Positions 35,964 through 48,089 of a stretch of DNA of 64,000 bases are shown here, in pieces (positions within the stretch are counted from its first letter, which is position 1; every line of letters begins with the position of its first letter). Source of the stretch: Rhodosorus marinus CCMP1338 (Eukaryota; Plantae; Rhodophyta); assembly GCA_029953675.1 (NCBI GenBank), contig JAMWBK010000006.1:620001-684000 (forward strand). The letters are read 5' to 3'. A model generated the notes under the pieces. That model was given only the letters and a program-made list of their open reading frames with translations. It did not search any database and was not told the DNA's origin. The position numbers and the translations under genes were made by a program.

Positions 35964-37450
35964 AACCAAAGGATCTGTATTCCGACATCGGACAAAGTTA
36001 TTCTAGGCTTGCGTTTTTTTGCTTAGGTTGAAATGCCATCGCTGCTCGGAGAAGAGTATATAAAGACTCTCTAAAAGCCAGATATAAAAAAGTTTTTGAA
36101 CCTTATTGACCCGCTGCACTCCTTGACGATCCGGCAGGACACCATGGCGAATGCTATACACTCAACTCTTGCCCTGATCAAACTGAGAAAGCGATGTAAG
36201 ACCCTGCTCTTGGGAGAAGACTGCGAGTCGCTTTGAAGCATGGTACACAACAGCTAGCTATCTTCTTTGGGATCCAGAAAGGGCAAAGTGTTCAGATCTG
36301 GGTGACGAGAAGCACATAACTGTATGAGTCCGATAGTTCATCCACTTCAAAAGCGACACCAGCAAAACTTGCAGCTCATACAGAGAGTATCTCTACAATC
36401 AACATCGAGTAGAACAATCAATATAAATATCTTTTTCAACATATTTTGACAATAATTGATTGATATTGACTAAATAATATTCTCTTGGGTTGAAAATGAG
36501 ATTTCTTTAATTGCTATATACCCGCCCCAAACAAACCCTCCCCTATAAGCATTTTATCAAATTGTAGTACTCTTTTTATTTCCAAAACATAAGATGCGGT
36601 GTTGTACGTGAGATATCGCTCCCCCCTTCTCAACAACCGATCAATCACAGTCGCGCGTTCACACAGTTTCTACCCCCCTTCCCTCCCAACCCTGCAGAAC
36701 GGAAGGGGAAGAAAATCGAACCCCTTCATTTCCTGTTCCAAAACCAACGTGGACTTAAAAAACAAAAATTTCCAAATGTCTTCCCAATAAAATTTGAATG
36801 TATAGGGGGTAGGGGTCTAACCGATCTGTCATCAGACTAATCAAGACTGACACCAAAAAAATAATAGCTAAAAAAAAGACTCTAATTGTTTTTTAAATAG
36901 TACTAGTCAATATCTATGATGAGAATGACTGACCGGCTAAATATTTTCTCTCATTGACGATTTGACCCCAGCTTTGTATTTTTATATTTTTTAGATTGGA
37001 ATAGAAAGTTCCATTGGAAAGGAAGCCAAAAAAGGCTCTCTGGTAAGAATTTCTGTCAATACTTTGGATGGAAGATTTTGACTTGCTTTTTTGCTTTCAG
37101 TTCTGGCTAACGCGTGGGGGGAATCACTGTTTTTGATATGTTTTTCAAAGCTTTTATTTGGTTTTCATTGTATTTTGCTGTGTTTTCACTGATTTGGATC
37201 TGTTTATGGTTTCGAGCGATGGTTTGTGAGACAAGGGCGGGCGGGAGAGGGGGGAAGGAGAAAAGTGAAGGCAGGAAAGATAGGTGCTTTGAGAGGAAAG
37301 AGTGAATTTATAGAGTGTAATAGAGTTCTGTAGGGCTACTGTATTTGGTCTGTTACAAGCTGTTTTTTTTGTGCTTGTTTGGATCCGTTTCTCGTCTGTG
37401 AGCGTGTGTGTTTTCGACCCGGGTCTGGATTTGTTGTTGATCAATCAAAG

Positions 37451-39635
37451 ATGGGAACCAAGGTGTCTGTGAAATGGGATAAGCAGATGTATAGGGATGT
37501 GGAGGTGGATATGAGTGCTCCGCTGGAGCTGTTTAAGACCCAACTGTGGACGCTTACAGTAAGCGCATCGGCATTGCGCAATCTCTTTTTTATTTGGCGG
37601 TTGATTGGTCTTCGCTGATCCTGGAGCTCGATTTTTGTTGTGTGTATCGTCGTCTATTGCGAATAGGGAGTGTCACCGGATCGGCAAACGCTAATGATCA
37701 AGGGCAAGAAGCTCAGAGATGACACCGGATGGGGTTCTGTTACTTTAAAACCCAACACTATGGTTCTGATGATGGGCACAACTGGAGAGGTATAATTTGC
37801 GATGAAACTTGGCTTCTGCAATTGCCGAAGGGTTACTGATGGCTTCAAACCTTTTCATTTGACCACAGCTAATTTCCGAGCCAGCAGATAAAATCGTGTT
37901 TGCTGAGGATTTGGATCAAGATGATCCGGATGCGCTAAATCAGCTCGTAGTGAAACGAGGACTGCAAAACTTTGGAAACCTGTGCTATGTCAATTCCACT
38001 GTACAGGTAAACTGCGCCCTCAAAGGCAACTTCACGAGAAGCTATCGCTGCGTGAGAAGGAAGTTTTTATCCCAACCTTGCTTTGATCGTCTAGTGCTTG
38101 AACCAAATCGACGAACTGCAACCGGTATTGGACGGGCTCAAGAGCAGCAGCTCGGAGAATAGTCAGCCTGTCCAACTGGCGAAGGCTCTCAGCTCCCTGC
38201 TTACGTCCCTCGATCCGAGTATTCCGGCCCCGGCGTCGGGGAAGCCCCTAGCACTGTTTAATGTGTTAAAGACTATCAATCCTGTGGTAAGAAAATCACA
38301 ATGGCGCTAGGTTGATATGGCGAGGTGATGAATGTAGTGCTTAGATGTTCTTCCACTTTGCTGTTTGATACCCGCCAGTTTGCGGAGCAGAACCAGATGG
38401 GGATGAACAAGCAACAGGACGCAGAGGAATGCTGGTCTTTAATTCTCAGCCAGTTGGCGAATGCTTTGCAGAACAGAGGAGAGGAAGAAAATCCAGTTGA
38501 TCAAATGTTCGGTATATCCATGAGAGAGACGTCAACAAACCAAGAATCAACTGATGAGGTATGAGTCCCTGCAGTGATCGCGAATAAGAGGGTACTCGGC
38601 AGTGATTGGCGGCCAACACATATTCTGAAAGGATTCTGTCGTTGTAGGTCATCACCGTAACAACGAAACATAGATTACTCCGGTGCCATATCGGAAACAA
38701 GACGTCGCATCTCTTTGAGGGGCTCAAGGAATCGTTAGAGGAAGATATTGAGAGAAATTCTGAGGTATGTGCCCGGATGAGCACTATAGTAGGATCGTCT
38801 GTGCTGATGTGAAAGCCCTTGTGGTCTGCTTACTGTTTCCTACTAGGTATTAGGTCGCGATGCCACTTTCAAGCAGACCAGCAAGATCGAGAAGCTCCCG
38901 GGCTATCTGGCAGTCCAGATGGTCCGGTTCAGATGGAAAGCAGCTGAGAGCGTCAAGGCTAAGATCTTGAGGAGCATATCATTTCCATTCACGTTGGACG
39001 TACTTGACTTGTGTACGGAAGACTTGCAGGTAGGAACAATGGGTTAGGAGAGTCGCCGCTAAAGCAGCAAGCGAAAGTGAGACGTTCATCTCAAACCGAG
39101 TGGTTGTCGTTTTCTAGGCAAAGCTGAAAGTGAGACGCAACGAAGAAATAAAAAAGCACGACGAGGCTGTAGCGCAGGCGCAGTCGCAGTCGCAGGTGGA
39201 TGCAGTTGAAGCGGAAACCCCGGAGCCGAAGAAGCCGAAGGACGCAGATGAGACCATGGACGAAGCTTCCTCGGCTGCGGCAGGCGCTTCTGCCAACAAC
39301 GGTGAAGCAACCGCCGAAAAGCGAGTGAAGATCATAACATCAGAAACAGGTGTTTACGAGCTTGTCGGTGTTCTCACCCACCAAGGCCGAATTGCTGAGT
39401 CTGGGCACTACGTTAGTTGGTGCAAGGACAAAGACGGATCCTGGTGGCAGTTTGATGATGAGAAGGTATCGCCTTTTACATCTCCTTTCGCTCGCATGAT
39501 CCCTCACTGTAGGGCTTTTTTGTTCTGATGCAGGTTTACCAGAGAACCGAGGAGGACATTCGCAAACTCACTGGTGGTGGTGATTGGCACATGGCCTACA
39601 TGCTCTTGTACAAAGCACGAAACAGCTATGACTGA
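37451..39635 (+). CDS. UBP6: Proteasome-associated ubiquitin hydrolase (UBL + USP), multi-exon
   Basis: KVSVKWDKQMY, LFKTQLWTLT|GVSPDRQTLMIKGKKL, Cys box GLQNFGNLCYVNSTVQ, QQDAEECW, His box YELVGVLTHQGRIAESGHYVSW, GGGDWHMAYMLLYK. Confidence 0.95.
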
Positions 39636-39968
39636 TTTGTTCAAACCTCAGATTCATCGGAGAGTGTTGTCACACGACGCGGATTGCGGTGGAATGAGCG
39701 TTCTTCGCCTGGAGCACCGTCCTTTGAGACACTCCTAGGAGGTCCCAACAAGGCCACTCCTTGATTAACGGGGACTCTTAACTTTTTGTATCAACATACT
39801 GTAGATGGTGGGGCGCGCTTTTTCAAGCCTAGTTGGTCGAGCCTGTAAGATTTGCCCTGTTATAAAACAAACAATTATTTACAATTATTAAGTATCCAGC
39901 AGCTTGGACACGAACCTAAGGCCTACTGGCTTCAATTTGTTCAGTTAGTTTGGCCTCGAGTCACAATC

Positions 39969-42900
39969 TCATGGTCCCTTTCCGGATAATCCAGAGAGGG
40001 CGAGTGTGGTTAGCTTCGCGTGAGACCGTACTGCCTGTACATGTATAGGCCATCTTGGTTGCCAGGCATCCAATGGCCAACAAGGAGGCGTTCCTACCGC
40101 ACAAAGATCGTAAAGATTCTTGGCCAGATACATCGTCACAGCTCGAGCATCAGCACCGTCAACTTCTGGTCGTTTGTCTAGGTCCGCAACTCCAAAGTGA
40201 CTGTAGAGACGAACTCGAAGCACTCCAGACCGTGAGTCCGTATCAGCAAGCGTTCTTGGCGAGCGCAGAATGTAGGCGGCGGCCTCCGAGCCCCCGCAAC
40301 CGCTTTCAGGTATGGCTACAAGCAGGTCTCTTTGGCGAGTGGCGGATTGAGAGGTCTCCTCACTTGGCAGCGGAAGTATACGGAAATACTGGTCCTCGTC
40401 CAACTCAAGTAGGGAAACAGAACGAAAGACTTGCACAAAGTCCTGCTGGAACTTGTCCGGATGAAATCCAAGTACCGGTCTGTTCTCTTTCCCAGAGTTC
40501 CCAAAACCCTCAGTTTCGTTCATCTGCTTCACCTCTGGAGGAAACCGCCGACACAAAAGAGTTTCGGATTCCTCGGTTGTGGTTTCCAAGACCTTCCTTA
40601 TAACGAAGTCCCAGTCCTCGCATTCACTTGCGTGCAAACGTCCAAGTTTCGATATAACTACACCCAGGGCGCGCACGTAAGGCAGGTGCCAGCGTTGTCC
40701 CCTACCCAGCATCAAGCTGAAATATACCCTTCTAATTTGACGCCCAGTATCCGCCGCACAAGAAAGCGACGCTACGTCAAGAAATTCTCCTCTACAATCT
40801 GTCCAAGCGTAGGAGTATCTTTGAGTTTCTGGACAGTACTTGTAGCACAGGTGCAACAGCATGTCGCCAGGGTTGCTTTCTGTTCCTTCACTTTGCTTCC
40901 CCACCCCAGTAAGGGTCATAGCCGGTTCGTAAAGGGATGAAACTATAGAAGCCTCTTGCACGGCGGTGGAAGCCAGGGATGCGAGGTTTGCCGGAGGAGA
41001 CCACTCTTCCACAGCTGAATTACTAGCACTGTTATGCTTTGCTGTTGGCAAGTTGCCAGCAAGGCTCATACCTGCGTATTCTGGCGTCACAGGCGACCAG
41101 AATTCAATCTGCTCATAGCCCATGCTCTTGCTTGTATGATGTCTTGTCCCATCGTCCTTTGCCGATACTGTCTTCGATCGAAGCATGTTGTACACAGAAA
41201 ATGCATAGCTTTTGATCAACTGGGCCCGAACAGGCCATCGGTTTGTGTCCATGACACCTTCGGAAGGCGGCCGAAGCAGCTCTTGAGGCAGTATCTTCAA
41301 CTGGAACCGTCGAACACCACCTATCAACGAAGGTATCAACTCCCCGTCAGCATCGACAGCGGGAGACAGTAGCGAAGCCAGTGAGCGGATGAGAGCTCCA
41401 AGCCTCTTGTCATCACGAAATCTCACAGGAGGAATCACGTAAACTACAAAGTTCTCCTCGACTTTTCGATCTCGTTGAGCAGTCATCTTAGCTGCACAAG
41501 ATGAGACTTCCATTCTGTACGCGTCAATAATTTTAGCGTATGCGCCCATGTCCGCAGTCCCTAATTCCTCAGCTTGCATGCCTAAACAGTCAACGTAGAG
41601 GAAACCACTGCCTGCAAGGACCTGGTGCTTGCCAAGAGAGCATTCCTGATACGATGTCTTGAGATCGCGAAAAAATCTCTCCGACTCCTTGTCCAAATAG
41701 GAAGGCGCGATGACACCGAAGACTACATACTTCTCGTCACTGAAAGGCTCAAGGCAGGCCTTCTCCCAAAACGGTATAATACAGTTGCTCGTTTCGATCA
41801 AGTCTCCGCGAAAGCCAGTGCAAACTTGTGGCGGGTCCAGAACTGTTACCGAAAATGGTTTGCTGTCGATGCCCACAGGCCCTTGTATCTCAATCCTCTT
41901 CGACTTAGAGCTACCCAAGTTCCGGCACGAATACATGTCCTGAAAGATCTTGTTAATCTTCGCCAGCGTTCTTCTCACAACCCCAAGCGGCAGGCTCAAT
42001 GAATCCTTCTCAGCCGGCGACGACACGAGCTCATCTTCCACCACATTACGTCCTACCACTTGCATATCGACTAAGCGGAGGATATCAGTGAGTTCAGTGT
42101 TTGACGGCATGGACAAACTGCTTGGTGACTGGGAGAATTCTATGCAGTCTTCAGCAGGCTCAGAGACAAGCCCAGGAACGTTCTGAAGTACCACTGACAA
42201 GCTCGCACAATCAACGGGCACAGAGCGACTGAGCGATTTTTCCTGGCCAGTCTTCGTCTCGTTGGGAACAAAGGTTACACCCCTAGGTTTTTCAGCTTCA
42301 GATTTGACAGGGACAGAAGCCTTGTCCTCCGCATCCAGCATGCTTTTAACTCCGTTTTCCGCGCTCGGGGCATCCATGTCCGTCCTCATCTCCCCAAAGT
42401 TTTCGAAATTCTTCCTCGGAAAATACACGTTTGACAACGGACGCATACCACCTGCAACACCACTTCTCGACACCTCACTTCGCAGGCGGAGAGGAGCACT
42501 TCCGACTTCCTGAACAGTAGCATGACTTTCTTGCTTATTCTCGACATATTCGTCATTCTTAGCCATGTGAATACCATAGACTCCGAAAGCTTCGTCAACA
42601 AACGCATTGAGTCCTTTAGCGTTTAGGAACGCGTCCTTGGAAATGGGAATCGATTCGCCGTCTCGCTTCTGGTCCAAAACTTTCGCTTCCGATCCCGAGG
42701 GATCATCTCTTGGTCGCTTCCGCGAGTTTGCATCGTTGGTTTGGTCGACTGCAGAACCTTCTCCTTCCACGTTCTCTCCTGTACTCTCTGCAGACTGCTC
42801 CACGCCCCCTTCATGTTCAACGAGAATTGATTTCGTCGGAAAAGGGATCATTGACCCATCTTGGAGTTCCACATACACAGCTTTCCTCAAGACATCATCG

Positions 42901-43715
42901 ACATCTGTTTCGTCGACATCGTCACCAGCGGCAAAATCCATAACGGAACCGATCAGCCCCGCCTCATGCCATCTTCTAACCACACTATCCGCGAGACTCT
43001 GGCCTATACCCTCCGAAGAACACAACGTTCCTCTCACTCCGCTTGGTGACATTGAAACCGGCGAACCGTCGAGTTGCTCAACATCCTGCACACGCAGGGA
43101 GGAAAAAAGGCTCCTTTCCACTGAAACCTTCGCACCCACGGCATTTGCACTCCCCGTACTCAGAAACGTATCCACGTAGAGCAGAAAGGAGTCACTACCG
43201 TCATTAGTTGACAATACCAGCGACCTTTCGAGGCGCAAACAACCATGCCGCAGCAAAGCTCTCTCAAGCATGAACTTCACAGCTCTGCACAGCGACTTTC
43301 CAATACGATTTCGACCGTCCTTGGCGGGAACCTTTTCGGGAGCAGAGGACGACCAGAAACCAGTTTCTATTCTCGTTAATACACCCTTTACAATCGCATC
43401 AAGACCAGCTATGTCCACGGTCTCCGATGATATGCCGAAAACACACAGTTCACCGCCATCACCATTACCTCGCGTCTCCCATGACGCTATGAGCTTATGC
43501 TCATCAACAAGCATTGCAGCAGCCGCCCCAAGAATGGCCCCATGAGTGACCAAGTTATCTATATACTTTATCCTATCAGCAAGTGGAGAGCTCTCTCGAC
43601 TTCTGAGAGGGTCCCTCCCCACAGGCAAATTGTAAACAGCATACTGAACAGAGTCAAACCCTCGTATTAGGAACGTATTGCTGATCAGGTCATTATAAGA
43701 ATGATCCGTGTTCAT
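39969..43715 (-). CDS. MED13: Mediator subunit 13 (intronless, ~1,248 aa)
   Basis: IIPFWEKACLEPF, FFRDLKTSYQECSLGKH, LYEPAMTL, LHLCYKY...YAWTDCRGEFLD, VISKLGRL...ECEDW and a terminal WPIHV, in MED13 motif order. Confidence 0.85.
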   Translation of the reverse strand: MNTDHSYNDLISNTFLIRGFDSVQYAVYNLPVGRDPLRSRESSPLADRIKYIDNLVTHGAILGAAAAMLVDEHKLIASWETRGNGDGGELCVFGISSETVDIAGLDAIVKGVLTRIETGFWSSSAPEKVPAKDGRNRIGKSLCRAVKFMLERALLRHGCLRLERSLVLSTNDGSDSFLLYVDTFLSTGSANAVGAKVSVERSLFSSLRVQDVEQLDGSPVSMSPSGVRGTLCSSEGIGQSLADSVVRRWHEAGLIGSVMDFAAGDDVDETDVDDVLRKAVYVELQDGSMIPFPTKSILVEHEGGVEQSAESTGENVEGEGSAVDQTNDANSRKRPRDDPSGSEAKVLDQKRDGESIPISKDAFLNAKGLNAFVDEAFGVYGIHMAKNDEYVENKQESHATVQEVGSAPLRLRSEVSRSGVAGGMRPLSNVYFPRKNFENFGEMRTDMDAPSAENGVKSMLDAEDKASVPVKSEAEKPRGVTFVPNETKTGQEKSLSRSVPVDCASLSVVLQNVPGLVSEPAEDCIEFSQSPSSLSMPSNTELTDILRLVDMQVVGRNVVEDELVSSPAEKDSLSLPLGVVRRTLAKINKIFQDMYSCRNLGSSKSKRIEIQGPVGIDSKPFSVTVLDPPQVCTGFRGDLIETSNCIIPFWEKACLEPFSDEKYVVFGVIAPSYLDKESERFFRDLKTSYQECSLGKHQVLAGSGFLYVDCLGMQAEELGTADMGAYAKIIDAYRMEVSSCAAKMTAQRDRKVEENFVVYVIPPVRFRDDKRLGALIRSLASLLSPAVDADGELIPSLIGGVRRFQLKILPQELLRPPSEGVMDTNRWPVRAQLIKSYAFSVYNMLRSKTVSAKDDGTRHHTSKSMGYEQIEFWSPVTPEYAGMSLAGNLPTAKHNSASNSAVEEWSPPANLASLASTAVQEASIVSSLYEPAMTLTGVGKQSEGTESNPGDMLLHLCYKYCPETQRYSYAWTDCRGEFLDVASLSCAADTGRQIRRVYFSLMLGRGQRWHLPYVRALGVVISKLGRLHASECEDWDFVIRKVLETTTEESETLLCRRFPPEVKQMNETEGFGNSGKENRPVLGFHPDKFQQDFVQVFRSVSLLELDEDQYFRILPLPSEETSQSATRQRDLLVAIPESGCGGSEAAAYILRSPRTLADTDSRSGVLRVRLYSHFGVADLDKRPEVDGADARAVTMYLAKNLYDLCAVGTPPCWPLDAWQPRWPIHVQAVRSHAKLTTLALSGLSGKGP

Positions 43716-44621
43716 CACGGCCTCTTCACTTCCGCATCATGCAGGGCTTGAAAGAAATTTTTAGAGGCTCTGAAACCCGAAAACCCCAACTCCAAAGACC
43801 GAAACGGACAGCAGCCCCACGCCTTTCAGCGCCAACCCCCCACCCCCACCCGCCAATAATAAAAAACACCCACACCAAATCACCCGCAACTGGTCATTTA
43901 GCTTTTGGATAAGATCCTTCCAGAGCCAACTATCATTCCATACCTTCTCTCTCCTAAATTTGCTTCCTCTTTCCCCTTCAAGCTTCTCCTCCGGATCCCT
44001 ATCCTCTCCTTACTCCTCCCCCCCAAAACGAAGAATCCGCCAAGTCATTTTCTCTTTTTCTATTGACCCACAAACAAAAGCCACTCTTTTCGAGCAGAAA
44101 AATAGGAACACTCACTAATCCGCTGAAAAACATCATGTTTTTAATATATAGAGTATCATGGACCATAATAGGCCTCAATCCATTGTCCTTACAAAGATTA
44201 CTAAAATTCATCGAATCTTTGCGACCACTTTTTCTTCTTCAATCGCAGCGAAAGGATGGATCCTTGACAACTCATTTTTAAGATCACTAGTTGGTTTAAT
44301 TAAGATATTTCGTCGTAAACTATTCATAAAAAAGAATATTTTGGTTCATCTAGAAGAATTTTGAAGATTTAGAGGTATTTTTGGGGATGCTGAAATCGGG
44401 ATCTATGTTTCTGGTTGGGCTTGGGGAGTGGGACTGCTGGCGGTAGAGGTAGAAGAGGATGGATCTACGAGGGTTTTGATCAGAGACACGATCACGATTC
44501 ACGATCGAGAATAAGTACACTTCGAGCGCATTCCTTATCCTGAGAAGAAGCTCCGGTGTTTGCTTCTCTTGCGGCTGTCTGCGAGTGAGTGCGTCTTTGT
44601 GGGACCCTGGTGGCTGATCCG

Positions 44622-45852
44622 ATGATCGCTTTCGTGGGGTCAGTGGGATCGTGGAATGACAGGGTTGTTTCCTATCGGAACGGCGTAAACAGACTTTCAT
44701 CTGCTGGAAGAATCCAATATCAACGCAAGCCAAGTCGTGATCGAGTAAGATGCTGCGTCGAGGGCAACGCGGAGAAACGGGGTGTTTCGCACACGACTGC
44801 TCAGGCCCTCGATCACGCAACCAATCTGTTCCCTCTGTGGGTTTTCTCATCAGCAATGATAGGAATTGCAGCTCCGCAAACGATTCTTTGGTTTCAAGGA
44901 GGCTGGGTGTTCTGGACACTGTCCCTGATAATGCTGGGAATGGGTTTGACCCTCCCCATAGATGAGTTTGTCGTGGCGCTGAAGACCCCTCAGAACGTTA
45001 TCATTGGAGCAGCAGCTCAGTTCGCAATCATGCCGTTACTCGGACTCACGATTGCGAACGGACTTCAGTTGCCCACACCGTATTTGTTGGGGCTCGTGTT
45101 GGTCTCGACCTGTCCTGGAGGAACTGCGTCCAACCTTGTATGCCTACTGTGCGGAGCGAATGTTTCCCTCTCCGTGCTGATGACCACAGCGACGACGCTG
45201 CTTTCAGTGTTCATGACTCCATTCTTGCTGAAGGTTCTCGTCGGGCAGGTGGTCCCTATAAACGCAGCTGCTCTGATGCTAAGTACTTCTCAGATCGTGT
45301 TGCTACCGCTCGCAGTAGGAATCTTCATGCAGAGGTCCGCACATTTTCCTCTATAACAGCCCATGTTAGTTCGCCCAATCCGCTTGCTAACCCTCACTCG
45401 TCTTGCACAGGTTTGTCCCCAAGCTCGTCAAGGCGATCGAGGTCTTTCTTCCTTTCTCTTCAGTTCTGGGAGTATCGGCAATTTGCTCAAGCATTGTTGC
45501 CATGAATCGGGACATGCTTTTGAAATCTGGTCCAAAGCTTCTCTTGGCAGTACTTCTTCTGCATTTCTTCGGCTTTCTACTGGGCTACCTGTTCGGGCGA
45601 ACCATTGGGTTTAGCGAGAAGGACTCGCGCACAGTTTCCATTGAAGTTGGAATGCAGAATTCTGGTTTAGGTGCTGTACTTGCTCAGCTGCACTTTGCCA
45701 ATCCACTGACATCTGTTCCTTCAGCAATTTCCGCAACTACGCATTCCATACTGGGGAGTACGCTTTCGGCCTTCTGGCGCCTTACGGATCGGAGAAAACA
45801 GAGACTAGCAGAGGAGCGTGAGAATCGAAGTGGGGTCCCCACTAGTGCCTAG
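44622..45852 (+). CDS. Plastid sodium/bile-acid (BASS-family) symporter, 2 exons
   Basis: Transit-like MIAFVGSVG, TNLFPLWV, IMLGMGLTL, AQFAIMPLLG, TCPGGTASN, TVSIEVGMQNSGLG, VPSAISATTHSILGS. Intron at about 45342-45409. Confidence 0.92.
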
Positions 45853-45989
45853 TCGTCAATAGAGGGTTTGAACAACTCCTCTAACAACTTACTGCAAGTT
45901 CATTCTCGATCATGCGGCGTACGAGATTCTATTGGCCATGAGGCCATCTCGCAAGGATCTCCAATAACACTTGGTTTTCTAGCCATTGG

Positions 45990-46670
45990 CTATTATATAG
46001 CTGATGACGCCTCGCCCCGGAGCTTGACCGGAAGGAGAGACCATGCCAAAGGCCTACCGAAAACTGACTGCTTCAGCATGTTATTGAGAATAGTAACGAC
46101 AAAATTTTCCATTAACGCCTTAACGAATTTCACTGCCTCTGTAGAGTGCTTGAGATTGTCCGGACGAATCAAGTGGTCTTAGTTAGACCCAATAGGATCC
46201 ATGCTGCAAAGAGCTTGTGCTGGCTTCAACCTTTGCAAACAAGAAGGACGACTTGATCATCCTCACGTCACGTGAACTTTATCCGCTCGAAATCTGCAAC
46301 GTAAAAACTTCTACGAAAATTCCTAGATCAGCAACAGGCGGAGAATGAACGCCATGTCTCCCTAGTACAGCAGGGGAGCCGTATCTATTCCGAATTGATA
46401 AGTCCAATCGTCCAGCGGCTAAAGCGCAAGCCGAGGGTCTGCAGCTCTGAGAAGAAGTCATCGCGAACAATGGCAAACGAGCACTGATGCCGTTCGAGGC
46501 CAGCAGCATCTCTAGAGGCATAAGCACGGGAGTGGATCCATTCCTTTTTCAGCTAGTGCTGAGATATCTGAGCCCTTGAAAGGAGAACATTCGATAGCGA
46601 GGGGTTGAAAACACTGCCGACTTCGGCGGCTATCCAGGCTTGTGGAAGACAAAGCATTGGTTAGGCTTGG
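45990..46670 (-). CDS. Possible multi-exon hypothetical protein
   Basis: AG-bounded frames LKKEWIHSRAYASRDAAGLERHQCSFAIVRDDFFSELQTLGLRFSRW and HLIRPDNLKHSTEAVKFVKALMENFVVTILNNML...*; joins not resolved. Confidence 0.3.
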
Positions 46671-46781
46671 GATCTTGGCCGCTCGGTCTGCATAAGGAGC
46701 AATAGTTTATAGCGTGAAACTGGGAGAGTGCAAGTGTGACCAGAGATGGACGTCTTATGAGCTTTGGCATCCAGTCTATCC

Positions 46782-48089
46782 ATGGAAAGCTCAGCTTCTA
46801 GCAGTGCTGGCAATCATTCTGTGCCAACTGAATCTGATGATACGAATGATCCCGAAGAGGGGACTGAGGAGCTGGAGACGGAAGATGCGCGAAACAAGAA
46901 ACGAGCAGGAACAAGGAAAAGGAAGAGGGAGGCTACGTTCGACCCACCGCCATTCGCTTGGCTTTCCTCTGCTGCATCGAAAAGACGTCGAGATGTGAAC
47001 TATAGGAGGTACGTTAGGCTAGCGGCTGTGCTTGGTGAAAGAGTTGCCGAGCATGACTGGGCTATGGTTGCCCCCATTGCAAGTGTCCTGGCTAGAAAGT
47101 ATCATTCGCGGACTTCTCTGACGAATCGGAGTTACCCTCGTGAAATCACGTGGGCCATTGTAGATACGCTGCGAGTTCTGAGGACGAAGAAGGAGCCTGA
47201 ACTGAACGTAGACAATTCTATAGAAGCAATATTGAGAGCGGCTGTGGAAGCACCGGATTCGTATGCCGTTTCCGGAGCCTCCATTACCCACAGAACAGCC
47301 GCTGGGATTGAGCTGTTGTTTCATCAGGTTCGACAAGGAGAGAAAGCCGTCGCGCTGAAGGAAGCGTCTGCACGGAGTATTCTCAGTCCTTTTCGTGACT
47401 CTGCTGTTTATCACTGGGCTGTTGGCTCTCTGGCTCTATACATTGCACAGGCTGATGAAGTGCAACCTCAAGACGGTCAATGGGCAGATGAAACTACTCA
47501 GATTGCATTTGACGAGCTGCAAAGGGCTCTCGAAATGGAACCTTCAGTCTTTGCGTACGCGAAGAAGCTCATCAGTGCCGAGCATCTTGTTGGTAACCAC
47601 GAGAGAGCACTTGAAGTGCTCGAAAAATTCTGCGAAGACAACCCAGACGATATATTAGCACTTGAAGAACTTCTTCAGACCAAGCCTTCTCTAACGACGG
47701 CGAACCAGCTGCTCAATTTGAGCCCATTGTCGGCAAGAGCCCTTAGCATTGTGGAAGCTGAAGGACAAGTCAAGAATCGTGCCGATGCCTACGCCTCTAG
47801 AATCGAGCACGGTGATAGGTCCGGATGGAATTCGCTTGGCAACCTCCTTTCCCTGTATCCAGAGCAAGTCCCCGAACAACTCTGGAAGCGCTCCCCAAGA
47901 AGGAACTGGTGGCCAACAGCTTACTTCTCGTCGAAAGCAGCCAAACTGGACGTGGAGGCAGATCTGAACATGGCCCAGTCGAAGGCATCGATTGCGAAGC
48001 GATTTTCTCAAGTTTCTAAAAACGCGTCGATGAGGAACTACTACAAGAAGGTCGAAGAGCTGTTGGACGTATGGACAAACAACTCCTAA
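46782..48089 (+). CDS. RNA polymerase I core factor subunit, TAF1A/Rrn11-like (TPR-like helical)
   Basis: Basic NLS-like stretch, LGERVAEHDWAMVA (cf. ...HDW..A), TPR-like AFDELQRALEMEP, and C-terminal WKRSPRRNWWPTAYFS (cf. the remembered human TAF1A WNSRKNWWPGFHFS). Confidence 0.6.
   Translation: MESSASSSAGNHSVPTESDDTNDPEEGTEELETEDARNKKRAGTRKRKREATFDPPPFAWLSSAASKRRRDVNYRRYVRLAAVLGERVAEHDWAMVAPIASVLARKYHSRTSLTNRSYPREITWAIVDTLRVLRTKKEPELNVDNSIEAILRAAVEAPDSYAVSGASITHRTAAGIELLFHQVRQGEKAVALKEASARSILSPFRDSAVYHWAVGSLALYIAQADEVQPQDGQWADETTQIAFDELQRALEMEPSVFAYAKKLISAEHLVGNHERALEVLEKFCEDNPDDILALEELLQTKPSLTTANQLLNLSPLSARALSIVEAEGQVKNRADAYASRIEHGDRSGWNSLGNLLSLYPEQVPEQLWKRSPRRNWWPTAYFSSKAAKLDVEADLNMAQSKASIAKRFSQVSKNASMRNYYKKVEELLDVWTNNS

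Noticed and set aside
36100-36420. Broken minus-strand frame (FEVDELSDSYSYVLRHPDLNTLPFLDPKED*) downstream of TRAP-beta
   Set aside because: Short, interrupted by a stop, with no start or recognisable motif; cannot be supported as a gene.
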